Shown: positions 16,240 to 24,721 of the stretch, piece by piece
Layout of the letters: every line of letters begins with the position of its first letter
How positions within the stretch are numbered: position 1 is the first letter of the stretch
NCBI GenBank assembly: GCA_964576965.1
Contig: CAZNWQ010000001.1
Location: 1-40,289 of the forward strand
Direction: 5' to 3'
DNA length: 40,289 nucleotides
DNA from: an uncultured Dehalococcoidia bacterium
GTDB taxonomy: Bacteria > Chloroflexota > Dehalococcoidia > Lucifugimonadales > UBA2985
The notes under the pieces: model-generated
Databases searched by the model: none
Told to the model about the DNA's origin: nothing
The model's input: the letters and a program-made list of their open reading frames with translations, nothing else
Position numbers and translations under genes: made by a program

Positions 16240-17817
16240 CTATATTTGAACCACAGATGTGCTGATCACGTCTGGAAGATCGTTTATTTCCGTAAGGGCT
16301 TCTTGAGGCATAGCATCATCTAGCCCAACAATCATGGTTGCTCGTCCTCTTGGTTCGAGTCTACCCACTTCCATAAATGCTATATTTATGTCGTGTTTGC
16401 CAGTTATGGTTCCGAGAGCTCCTATCATTCCCGGTCGGTCATGATGGTCTGTGAAGAGCATATACCCACTAGTCGCTACTAGATCTATCCAGTAATCATT
16501 AACCCGAACTATATGGGTTTCGTCTCGTATATGGGAAGTTGAAACTATTGTTTTTCCTTCGGATGAATCCACTTCTACGGTTATCAGGCTACTGTATTGT
16601 TCTAAGTATGTTGCTTTCTGTTCTGTTATATTAAGACCTCTTTGCGACGCTAACAGGTTAGCATTTACCAGATTTACTCTTTCTTGGCTTATTTGGTCCA
16701 AAAATCCTACGAGGCACGCTGCTTTGAGTATATTAGTATCGTGATTCGCGATTTCTCCTTCGTATCTAATGTTTACTTTCTTGAGTTGACCTTTGGTCAA
16801 CTGTGTGGCGATTTTACCTGCGTATATTGCAGGTGAGATGTATGGACTCAAGGTTGCTTGTCCTTCTGGTAATACCAGAGGGGCATTCAGAGTATATCTT
16901 GCGGATTTTCCGCTCAGGACAGTGATGACTTGTTCTGCTACTTCTATAGCTACCTGTGCTTGTGCTTCTTCAGTTGAGGCACCAAGGTGAGGGGTAGTTA
17001 TAATTTTCGGATTGTTCAGCAATGGACTATCTACGGGGGGTTCTTTTGTGAACACATCTAGGGCAGCTCCCGCGACTTGACCTTTGTCTACTGCTTCAGC
17101 AAGGGCTTGTTCATCAATGAGTTCACCTCTAGCTACGTTCAAGATTCGAACCGTTGGTTTCATCATAGCAATTTGTTTTTCACCTATTAGACCACGAGTT
17201 GATTCGGTGAGTGGTGTATGAAGACATATGAAATCTGAGTCTTTATAAATATCATCCAGTGACTTTAGCTGTATACCAATTGAGGATGCGTATTCTTCTG
17301 GTACGAAAGGGTCGTATCCAGTTACTTGCATGTCAAGACCAATGGCTCTTCTTGCTACTTCAATTCCTACTTTTCCTAGTCCTATCACACCTAGGACCCG
17401 GTTTCTTAACTCAATACCAGTGAAAGCACTTCTGGTCCATTCACCTTTATGTAGAGATTCGTTTGCTTGGGGTATGTTTCTTGCCAAAGCCATCATCATT
17501 GCGACGGTGTGTTCGGCAGCAGCTATTGTATTACCAGTAGGGGCGTTTACAACTGCAATGCCCTTGTGGGTTGCTGCTTGTAAGTCTATGTTGTCGACTC
17601 CAACACCAGCTCTTCCAATGACCTGAAGTTTAATACCGGCTTCTATTACATCTGAGGAAACTCTTGTTTCACTCCTTACTACTAAAGCGTCGTAATCTCC
17701 GATAATAGATAAGAGTTCTTCTGGAGAAAGTCCAGTTTTGACATCTACTTCTCCATGATTGCGTAGAAGGCTAACTCCCTCTTCTCCTAGTTTGTCTGAT
17801 ACGAGTATCTTAGCCAT
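16240..17817 (-). CDS. serA: D-3-phosphoglycerate dehydrogenase (long form with ASB + ACT domains)
   Basis: 525 aa. Motifs GRAGVGVDNIDL, NAD-binding GVIGLGKVGIEVA and PHLGAST. The C-terminal roughly 200 aa are typical of type-I SerA. Confidence 0.9.
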   Translation of the reverse strand: MAKILVSDKLGEEGVSLLRNHGEVDVKTGLSPEELLSIIGDYDALVVRSETRVSSDVIEAGIKLQVIGRAGVGVDNIDLQAATHKGIAVVNAPTGNTIAAAEHTVAMMMALARNIPQANESLHKGEWTRSAFTGIELRNRVLGVIGLGKVGIEVARRAIGLDMQVTGYDPFVPEEYASSIGIQLKSLDDIYKDSDFICLHTPLTESTRGLIGEKQIAMMKPTVRILNVARGELIDEQALAEAVDKGQVAGAALDVFTKEPPVDSPLLNNPKIITTPHLGASTEEAQAQVAIEVAEQVITVLSGKSARYTLNAPLVLPEGQATLSPYISPAIYAGKIATQLTKGQLKKVNIRYEGEIANHDTNILKAACLVGFLDQISQERVNLVNANLLASQRGLNITEQKATYLEQYSSLITVEVDSSEGKTIVSTSHIRDETHIVRVNDYWIDLVATSGYMLFTDHHDRPGMIGALGTITGKHDINIAFMEVGRLEPRGRATMIVGLDDAMPQEALTEINDLPDVISTSVVQI

Positions 17818-17840
17818 CGTTTCTCCGTGCTAATTTTTGT

Positions 17841-18944
17841 TTAACCATTAAATCCAATCTTTGGCAACACGTCTTCAAGGGCAGATAAAACAAGGGATAT
17901 ATCCTCTTCATATACATATCCCAAATGACCTATCCTGAATATTTTCCCTGTTAGACTACCTTGCCCTCCACCTAATACGACATCGTGATCACTTTGCATT
18001 CGTTTTGCCAAATCCCCACCGTTCACACCTTCTGGAACATCAATGGCGGTAACGGTATTTGATGCGTGTGTCTCATCTGCAAAAAGTTTCAACCCCAGAC
18101 TTTTGACACCTGCTCTTGTCTTATTGGCTAAATCAATGTGTCTTTGAAAGACGTTTTCCATTCCTTCTTTAAACATTCCTTGCAGTGCTACGTCTAAGGC
18201 GTAAAAAATTGACACTGCAGGAGTCCAAGGAGTTTGGCCTCTTTCCAGGTAACTTTTAGCCCTTCCAAAATCCCAGTAAAAACGAGGCATTGTGGCTTCT
18301 TTGGAAGCTTCCCAGGCTCTTTCGCTGACACTTATAAATGCCAACCCCGGTGGTACCATATACCCCTTTTGAGATCCGCTCATGACAACGTCGCAGCCCC
18401 ATTCGTCAGTGTAAAACGGTAGAGAAGACAGGCTGCTTATGGCGTCAACCAATAAGAGTTTATCAGCGTCTTTAACCACTTTGCTTATCGCCGCCATATC
18501 GTTGGTGACACCGGTTGATGTTTCATTATGAGTCACAATTACGGCTTTTATATTTGGGTTGTCATCCAAAACCTTTTTTACGTCATTTGGGTCGGCCGCA
18601 GTACCCCATGTTGTAGTAAATTTTATTACATTTGCCCCATAGGTTTCTGCTATTTGGCCAAGGCGGTCCCCAAATACCCCTATAGATACTGAAAGAACTG
18701 TATCTCCTGGGGATAAGGTGTTCACAACTGCTGCTTCCATAGCTCCAGTGCCAGATGCTGTCAGTATGAACACGTCATTCGATGTTTGAAAAATACTTTT
18801 CAGGCCTTCAGTTGTTCGATGTATCATGTCCTGAAATTCTGGACCTCTATGGTTTATCATACCTTGCCCCATAGCTTCCAGGACATAATCAGGACAAGGT
18901 GTTGGTCCAGGTATTCTTAAATTCTTTGGTATTTTGAAACTCAT
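17841..18944 (-). CDS. class-V pyridoxal-phosphate aminotransferase (AGXT / serine-pyruvate family; likely phosphoserine aminotransferase role next to serA)
   Basis: 367 aa. PLP-lysine motif SGSQKGYMVPPG. It lies 23 nt upstream of serA on the same strand, with SD GGGAGGA. Confidence 0.8.
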   Translation of the reverse strand: MSFKIPKNLRIPGPTPCPDYVLEAMGQGMINHRGPEFQDMIHRTTEGLKSIFQTSNDVFILTASGTGAMEAAVVNTLSPGDTVLSVSIGVFGDRLGQIAETYGANVIKFTTTWGTAADPNDVKKVLDDNPNIKAVIVTHNETSTGVTNDMAAISKVVKDADKLLLVDAISSLSSLPFYTDEWGCDVVMSGSQKGYMVPPGLAFISVSERAWEASKEATMPRFYWDFGRAKSYLERGQTPWTPAVSIFYALDVALQGMFKEGMENVFQRHIDLANKTRAGVKSLGLKLFADETHASNTVTAIDVPEGVNGGDLAKRMQSDHDVVLGGGQGSLTGKIFRIGHLGYVYEEDISLVLSALEDVLPKIGFNG

Positions 18945-19083
18945 TTCAATCCTCCCGCCGGCATGAAATATAACTTATAAAATGTGAAAACATTGTGAAG
19001 TTTAGCACCTTATTTTGAATGTACAATGGGTTTATAGGTTAAATTTTGGTTAAATATATTGCTTGTAGAGTCTATACCTTTTA

Positions 19084-20313
19084 TTAACCCTCAACTATTT
19101 TAAGAAAACGGCGTCTTCCAACGCGGATTATATCGTTTGGCTGAATCACATTTGTCTCGGAATTACTCACTACTCCGTTGATAGATACAGCGTTTTGGGA
19201 TATTAGTCGTTTGGCCTCAGATTTACTATTCACTAATTTTTCTGCGGTTATTAGATCAACAAAGTTTATTGTTAACGACTTGTTTGGGTTTTCAGCATTG
19301 GTTGCGAATGGCATAAATAGTGTCTTTATGTCTTCAGGTTCACTTCCTTGTTGGACTGTTCGAACAAACGTTAATTCTGATTCTCTTGCAGAAGATTCAT
19401 CATGGAATTGAGAAACTATGTCTCTCGCCAGCATCTTTTTAATATCCATGGGATTCACAGATTCTGCTTGCATTTCCTTGTTTATTTGGTTTAAGTCCTG
19501 CTTACTGGTGCTTGTAGTTAATTCGAGGTAGCTCATTATTAGGTGATCGGGTATAGACATAATTTTACCGTACATATCACTTGGTGGTTCATCAACTCCT
19601 ATATAATTGTTGAGGCTTTTACTCATTTTCTGCACACCGTCTGTTCCAACCAATAGAGGCATTATGAAGCATTGCTGTTGTCGTTGTCCGAGCATGCCTT
19701 GTAGATCCCTACCTACTAACAGGTTAAATCTCTGATCGGATCCCCCAAACTCTACATCGGAGTTGATAGCCACTGAATCATAGGCTTGTAATAGGGGATA
19801 AAGTAATTCGGTTATTGCTATAGGTTGTTGAGAGTTATATCTGTTAGCGAAATCATCTCTGGCTAGAAACTGTGCCACGGTAAATCTTCTGGTTAAATCA
19901 AAAACATTATCAAGGGTGAATTTGCCGAACCACTCACTTTGCCATACAGTTTCAGTTTTGCTTTTATCTACTACTTTAAAGAATTGCGTCAGGTAGGTTT
20001 GGGCGTTTTCCCTGACTTCTTCGGCAGAAAGCATTTGTCTTGTAGCAGACTGTCCGCTAGGGTCTCCTATTTGGGCAGTCCAGTCACCCACTATTAACAC
20101 CACCTGATGGCCTATGTCTTGAAGCTCTCTCAATTTTCTAAGTCCCACAGCGTGGCCTAGGTGTATATCGGGTCTGCTGGGGTCAAACCCCATTTTCAGG
20201 CGCAGCGGTTTACCTTCTTCAAGAAGACGGACGAATTCGCTTTCCACGATTATATCCGTAACTCCTCGATGGAGTATATTTTCAAGTTGTATGGGATTTA
20301 TTGAAGGCATCAT
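19084..20313 (-). CDS. tyrS: tyrosine--tRNA ligase
   Basis: 409 aa. HIGH-type motif (DIHLGHAVG), KMSKS motif present verbatim, and a C-terminal S4-like domain (SKSEAKRLISQNAVSINGV). Confidence 0.9.
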   Translation of the reverse strand: MMPSINPIQLENILHRGVTDIIVESEFVRLLEEGKPLRLKMGFDPSRPDIHLGHAVGLRKLRELQDIGHQVVLIVGDWTAQIGDPSGQSATRQMLSAEEVRENAQTYLTQFFKVVDKSKTETVWQSEWFGKFTLDNVFDLTRRFTVAQFLARDDFANRYNSQQPIAITELLYPLLQAYDSVAINSDVEFGGSDQRFNLLVGRDLQGMLGQRQQQCFIMPLLVGTDGVQKMSKSLNNYIGVDEPPSDMYGKIMSIPDHLIMSYLELTTSTSKQDLNQINKEMQAESVNPMDIKKMLARDIVSQFHDESSARESELTFVRTVQQGSEPEDIKTLFMPFATNAENPNKSLTINFVDLITAEKLVNSKSEAKRLISQNAVSINGVVSNSETNVIQPNDIIRVGRRRFLKIVEG

Positions 20314-20328
20314 CTGTTCAAATCAAAC

Positions 20329-21261
20329 TTAATTCTTCTGAGTATACAACTTTAGAATATCCAAAGTATATTCAACATCTATTTTCATCTGTTCTATAAG
20401 TTCAGTAGATGAATAAAAGGATTGGTCTTCCCTTATTCTCTCTATGAAATCTATAGTTATGAATGATCCATATATGTCTTCGTTGAAATCTATCAGGAAT
20501 GTCTCTATAACATGTTTAGAACCATTGAATGTAGGTTTTGTTCCTATGTAAGAAGCTGCGTAATATTGCTTATTGCCGGCTCTTACTAGTGTGGCATATA
20601 TACCGTCTGGTGGTATTAATAGATGTGTGTCTACATCCAGATTTGCTGTTGGGAAACCCAAGGTTTTTCCTTGCGAATCTCCAGATACTACACGTCCTCC
20701 TATTGAAAATGGTCTTCCCAGCAGGTCTCTGGCCTTAGTTAACATTCCATCTGCTATTAATTTCCGTATCAGTGTGCTGCTGATATTTTCCCCGTTGTGG
20801 CAAGCGGCATCGATTACATTAACTGAAAAGCCTTTTGCTAGGCCCATTGTTTTTAGTGTTTCTGCATCTCCTTCTCGGTTGTGTCCCATGGCAAAATCTT
20901 GGCCCATGACCATGCCTTTCATTCTCAACCTATCTTGTAGTAGATCCACGAATTGATCAGCACTAAGTAGAGATAGATCATGGTCAAATGTTATGGGCAT
21001 TACCAAATCGGCACCGGCATCCTTAAGAAGATCCACCCTATGTTTAGGATCGGTTATATATTTAACCTCAAATCCCGGAGTTACTACTGTCCTGGGATGA
21101 TTCGAGAAAGTTACTATACAACTCAGCATATCGTTGCTATGAGCGAGAGTGGTTAGATGTTTAATCAGACCTGAATGACCCAAGTGTACTCCATCGAAAA
21201 CCCCAACTGCGACTAGGGTTTCTTTAGCTGGGAAGGGAATTAATTCTTGATCGGCTTTCAT
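20329..21261 (-). CDS. ribF: bifunctional riboflavin kinase / FMN adenylyltransferase
   Basis: 310 aa. N-terminal nucleotidyltransferase motif GVFDGVHLGH and a C-terminal riboflavin-kinase segment (GKTLGFPTANL). Confidence 0.9.
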   Translation of the reverse strand: MKADQELIPFPAKETLVAVGVFDGVHLGHSGLIKHLTTLAHSNDMLSCIVTFSNHPRTVVTPGFEVKYITDPKHRVDLLKDAGADLVMPITFDHDLSLLSADQFVDLLQDRLRMKGMVMGQDFAMGHNREGDAETLKTMGLAKGFSVNVIDAACHNGENISSTLIRKLIADGMLTKARDLLGRPFSIGGRVVSGDSQGKTLGFPTANLDVDTHLLIPPDGIYATLVRAGNKQYYAASYIGTKPTFNGSKHVIETFLIDFNEDIYGSFITIDFIERIREDQSFYSSTELIEQMKIDVEYTLDILKLYTQKN

Positions 21262-21319
21262 GGGAAACTCCGAGAATAACTTGGTAGGTATTTATGTGTT
21301 GAAATCTAGCTTGTTACAG

Positions 21320-22372
21320 TTAAGACTTTTTCAGGATCTGCTGGGCATATCTTAAAAGTTCAACCGTTTCTTCCCAATCAACACACGGATCTGTTATCGA
21401 AACTCCATATTTCAGGTTGTCAGGATTGCTTTCGTCAAGAGGCTGATTGCCTTCGAAAATATGGCTTTCTAACATAACCCCGACAATATTTGTATTTCCT
21501 TCAGACCTTTGTTTCATTAAATCTTGGAATGCTATACGCTGTTTTTTATGATCTTTACCACAATTTGCGTGTGAACAGTCTATAACTAATTGAGTTCTGA
21601 GGTTGGCTTTTTCCAATCGTTGTACGGCATCAGCTATAGATTCGGCATCAAAGTTTGGACCCTGACTACCGCCTCTTAAGACTATGTGAGTGTGTTGATT
21701 CCCTTTAGTAACAACTACTGAGGCTTTTCCTTCAGAGTCCACTCCCAAGAAAGCCTGTGCTGCCTTAGAAGCTGTTACTCCATCGACCGCTAGTTGTATA
21801 CTTCCACCTGTTCCATTTTTGAAGCCAACTGGCATACTGAGCCCACTACTGACTTGTCTATGGGTCTGACTTTCTGCTGTACGTGCCCCAATTGCAGCCC
21901 AGGAATAAAGATCTGCAATATACTGAGGGGTGATAGGATCTACAAATTCAATTGCAGTCAGTAGTCCTAACTCACTTACTTTTAAAAGGAATTCTCTTGC
22001 CATACGTAATCCGGTATTGATATCGAAACTTCCATTAAGATGTGGGTCGTAGATTAGCCCTTTCCATCCTACTGTAGTCCTGGGTTTCTCGAAATAAACT
22101 CGCATTACTACTAGCATTTCATTCTTCATCTCGTCCGCTAGCGATTTCAGTTTTTCGGCATATTCATATCCGGCCTCTATATCATGCAAAGAGCACGGTC
22201 CAACTATCATTAACATTCGGTCGTCTTCACCCTTAAGGATACGGGCAACTTGATCTCTACCGTCGGTTACTTGGGCAGCTATCTCTGGAGTTGTAGGGAA
22301 TTCTCTCAAAAACTCACTCGGGGCTGCTAATTGTTGGATGCTTTCTATATTCAAATCATGTAGTTGTGTCAT
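21320..22372 (-). CDS. aroG: 3-deoxy-7-phosphoheptulonate (DAHP) synthase, class I
   Basis: 350 aa. Motifs IVGPCSLHD, KPRTTVGWKGL and IDCSHAN. The isozyme (F/G/H-like) cannot be assigned from sequence. Confidence 0.9.
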   Translation of the reverse strand: MTQLHDLNIESIQQLAAPSEFLREFPTTPEIAAQVTDGRDQVARILKGEDDRMLMIVGPCSLHDIEAGYEYAEKLKSLADEMKNEMLVVMRVYFEKPRTTVGWKGLIYDPHLNGSFDINTGLRMAREFLLKVSELGLLTAIEFVDPITPQYIADLYSWAAIGARTAESQTHRQVSSGLSMPVGFKNGTGGSIQLAVDGVTASKAAQAFLGVDSEGKASVVVTKGNQHTHIVLRGGSQGPNFDAESIADAVQRLEKANLRTQLVIDCSHANCGKDHKKQRIAFQDLMKQRSEGNTNIVGVMLESHIFEGNQPLDESNPDNLKYGVSITDPCVDWEETVELLRYAQQILKKS

Positions 22373-22476
22373 ATTTATGTCTCTACCAATATTGTTGTTT
22401 ACGATTCTATTTAATCGATGGTGGTGACTATAGCATCGAACGCTTGGTGTGTCTAGTCGCGATACAAGTAGTGTTA

Positions 22477-22845
22477 CTAGCCAGTGATATCTGGTCGCAG
22501 ATGTGATGCATCTCTTAAGTAGGAGTGATTCATTTCTTCTGGTTGTTTTTCAGTATTCACTAGTACTAATACTCTTATACACATAGGAAGCATTCCTGGA
22601 ACATTCATTTCGTGACTATTTAGTAATGGGACATGTGTCCATCCCATCTCTCGAGCTGCTACGGCTGGGAATTCGGCATTAACGTCACTAGTGGTGGTGA
22701 AAAACGTGGCAGCTATATCATTCTTATTTAGGTCATTTGAGTCCAGCAGATGATTGAGGAGCTCGTGAGTAGCATCCAGAATAGCGTCTCTTGTATTTTC
22801 CTTTACGGTAGTAGCTCCTCTGAGTCCTCTGCATATTAGAGCCAT
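22477..22845 (-). CDS. aroH: chorismate mutase, AroH class
   Basis: 122 aa. N-terminal RGLRGATTV and FPAVAAREMGWTHVPLL match the monofunctional AroH fold. SD GGAGG lies 9 nt upstream, and the gene starts 17 nt after the trpA stop. Confidence 0.85.
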   Translation of the reverse strand: MALICRGLRGATTVKENTRDAILDATHELLNHLLDSNDLNKNDIAATFFTTTSDVNAEFPAVAAREMGWTHVPLLNSHEMNVPGMLPMCIRVLVLVNTEKQPEEMNHSYLRDASHLRPDITG

Positions 22846-22862
22846 AACTTTATTCCTCCGGT

Positions 22863-23663
22863 TTAAGATCTGCCTTTGAGATCAGATATAAAACTTTTGA
22901 CTACTTCTCTTCTATCAGGAGTTGGTGTTTTCTCTATGGTGTCTATTAGCGCACTTCCAACAACCGCTGCGTTGGCTATTGTACTTAGCGATTCTACATG
23001 TTGTCTTTGGCTAATGCCAAAACCAATCGCTATTGGTACTTTTGCATACTTTTTTACTCGATTTATGAATTCAGGTACAGATGACCCCATCTCTTGTCTG
23101 GCACCGGTCACACCTGTCAAGCTCACACAATATATAAATCCATCTGCATTTTGACAAGTTTTCTCGATTCTTATATCAGTACTGGTTGGAGCAAGCAGAG
23201 GGATAAAGCTAATTTCGTTTTCTTGACACTCTTTTTTTAGAGGCCATGACTCTTCAAAAGGAAGATCTGGCACTATGATTCCATCAACTCCATTTTCTTT
23301 GCAGGAGAGAGAAAATTCCTTCAATCCGAATCTTAGTATTGGGTTATAGTACCCCATAAGAACAAGGGGTGTGGTCAATCCATTGAGCCTCAGATCCTTG
23401 CAAACATCCAGACATTTTTTTAGGTTTACCCCATTTAATAAAGCCTGGAAACTTGATCTTTGAATTGTTGTTCCGTCGGCAAGTGGGTCGCTATATGGAA
23501 CACCAAGTTCAATTATATCTGCACCGCCTTCTGCCAATGCAGGTACCATATTCATGGTATCTGCAATGGAGGGGAAACCAACAGTAAGGTATGGGATGAC
23601 CCCCATTTCGCCTTTTTCTTTAAGGGTATTAAAGCTGTTTTTTATTCTATTCATCATTAACAA
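22863..23663 (-). CDS. trpA: tryptophan synthase alpha chain
   Basis: 266 aa. Motifs GADIIELGVPYSDPLADGTTIQ and GFGISQRQHV. The start is uncertain: TTG 23663 or ATG 23657/23654. There is no SD, but a TATAAT hexamer (23668..23663, minus strand) sits directly upstream. Confidence 0.9.
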   Translation of the reverse strand: MLMMNRIKNSFNTLKEKGEMGVIPYLTVGFPSIADTMNMVPALAEGGADIIELGVPYSDPLADGTTIQRSSFQALLNGVNLKKCLDVCKDLRLNGLTTPLVLMGYYNPILRFGLKEFSLSCKENGVDGIIVPDLPFEESWPLKKECQENEISFIPLLAPTSTDIRIEKTCQNADGFIYCVSLTGVTGARQEMGSSVPEFINRVKKYAKVPIAIGFGISQRQHVESLSTIANAAVVGSALIDTIEKTPTPDRREVVKSFISDLKGRS

Positions 23664-23742
23664 TTATAAGCAGTAAATACCATTTAATGGAAAACCTTAC
23701 ACTAAGCTGAATATACCACGTGGGTTTTTACCACACAACACG

Positions 23743-24180
23743 TCAGATGAATTCTTGGTCTAAGCCGACTACAGTTTTGATGGTTCTAATAAAACTGCCG
23801 CTACCCCAATAAGGTAGACGCCATATACTTAATTCTTCATTAGTCATGTTATTGGCATGTATCTGGTAATGTGATTCCCTGCCTATGCTGCCGTAAATCA
23901 TGGCTCCTATTCCAAATATTATTGCCGGCCAAGATGTTAGATATTGAAGTGTTGCTGCCATAATAGCCCCGCCAACGATTAGAAGGGTTCCTGCAATGAG
24001 AACTTTGTGGTTGGGTTCCTTTATTATTTCAACAGATTCTAGTCTGGAGTAATCAATGTATGAAAACTCTTCATGCCCGTCGAGATTTTTGTAATATACT
24101 ATTCTCTCGGACGTTGCGTAAAATGGATCGTGATCCGACATTATAGATTCTTGTGCCCTAAGTTTGTCTCTAATGCTCAT
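23743..24180 (-). CDS. hypothetical membrane protein (two central TM helices flanked by beta-rich soluble segments)
   Basis: 145 aa. TM hairpin VLIAGTLLIVGGAIMAATL / WPAIIFGIGAMIYGSIG. The flanks are vaguely like a bacterial PH domain (my guess only). SD GGAG lies 9 nt upstream. Confidence 0.5.
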   Translation of the reverse strand: MSIRDKLRAQESIMSDHDPFYATSERIVYYKNLDGHEEFSYIDYSRLESVEIIKEPNHKVLIAGTLLIVGGAIMAATLQYLTSWPAIIFGIGAMIYGSIGRESHYQIHANNMTNEELSIWRLPYWGSGSFIRTIKTVVGLDQEFI

Positions 24181-24182
24181 TT

Positions 24183-24228
24183 TGGAAAACTCCAGTTGAA
24201 TTTTATTACATTCATTTAAAGTTTTCCA
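24183..24228 (-). promoter_or_regulatory. 5'-UTR stem-loop overlapping the ribosome-binding site of 23743..24180
   Basis: 9-bp inverted repeat TGGAAAACT (24183..24191) / AGTTTTCCA (24220..24228) with a 28-nt AT-rich loop. In the minus-strand mRNA the 3' arm covers part of the GGAG SD and the spacer. Confidence 0.35.
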
Positions 24229-24322
24229 TCAGAAACAGTATGTATGTTTGCCCAAATATGTCCATTATGTTTGTATTTGTATATTATAGATTGGAATCCT
24301 AGATTCTATTCCGGAGGTTAAA

Positions 24323-24610
24323 ATGATAGGAGTTTTAACACACCATTGGGCAAAACCTGAATTGTTTTATGAAGCTGACCAGTTACTTAAAGGTAACGGT
24401 GAAGCTCAGAGCAGAGCTCCAGGTTTTGTTAATAGGAGAACTTTGTATTCAACATCTGATAACACCCAGATAACTTCGTTGGTAATATGGGATAACGAAG
24501 AGATATACGAACAGTGGAGAGCTAGTCCGGAACGTGCTCTGGCTATGAATGGAGCCGAAAAGTTTTGGGAAAAACCGCCAGAATCACATAGATTTACTAC
24601 TTATGATTAA
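24323..24610 (+). CDS. ABM-like (dimeric alpha+beta barrel, antibiotic-biosynthesis-monooxygenase-type) small protein
   Basis: 95 aa. The size and pattern (ITSLVIWDNEEIYEQWRASPE) fit the ABM fold. SD GGAGG lies upstream. Confidence 0.55.
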   Translation: MIGVLTHHWAKPELFYEADQLLKGNGEAQSRAPGFVNRRTLYSTSDNTQITSLVIWDNEEIYEQWRASPERALAMNGAEKFWEKPPESHRFTTYD

Positions 24611-24721
24611 GTAGTAAATGTTCCAATGAAAAATTACCTAAAATTCAAGCCAATTTTGGAACTTTATCCATGTTGTTTATGGTACTATTCTTTTTCGTAC
24701 AATGAATGAGAATCTAAGTAT

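Noticed and set aside
20314-20328. T-box or other leader upstream of tyrS
   Set aside because: Only 15 nt separate ribF from tyrS, so there is no room for a T-box riboswitch. tyrS appears co-transcribed with ribF.
24181-24322. A gene-orientation switch at about 24.2 kb (mostly minus-strand to the left, plus-strand to the right up to about 31 kb) as a replication origin signature
   Set aside because: Several genes break the pattern: 4993..7916(+), 15679..16239(+), 31021..33679(-) and 38124..40289(-). The 142-nt spacer has no recognisable DnaA-box array, and I cannot compute GC skew by eye. I treat it as an ordinary divergent promoter region.
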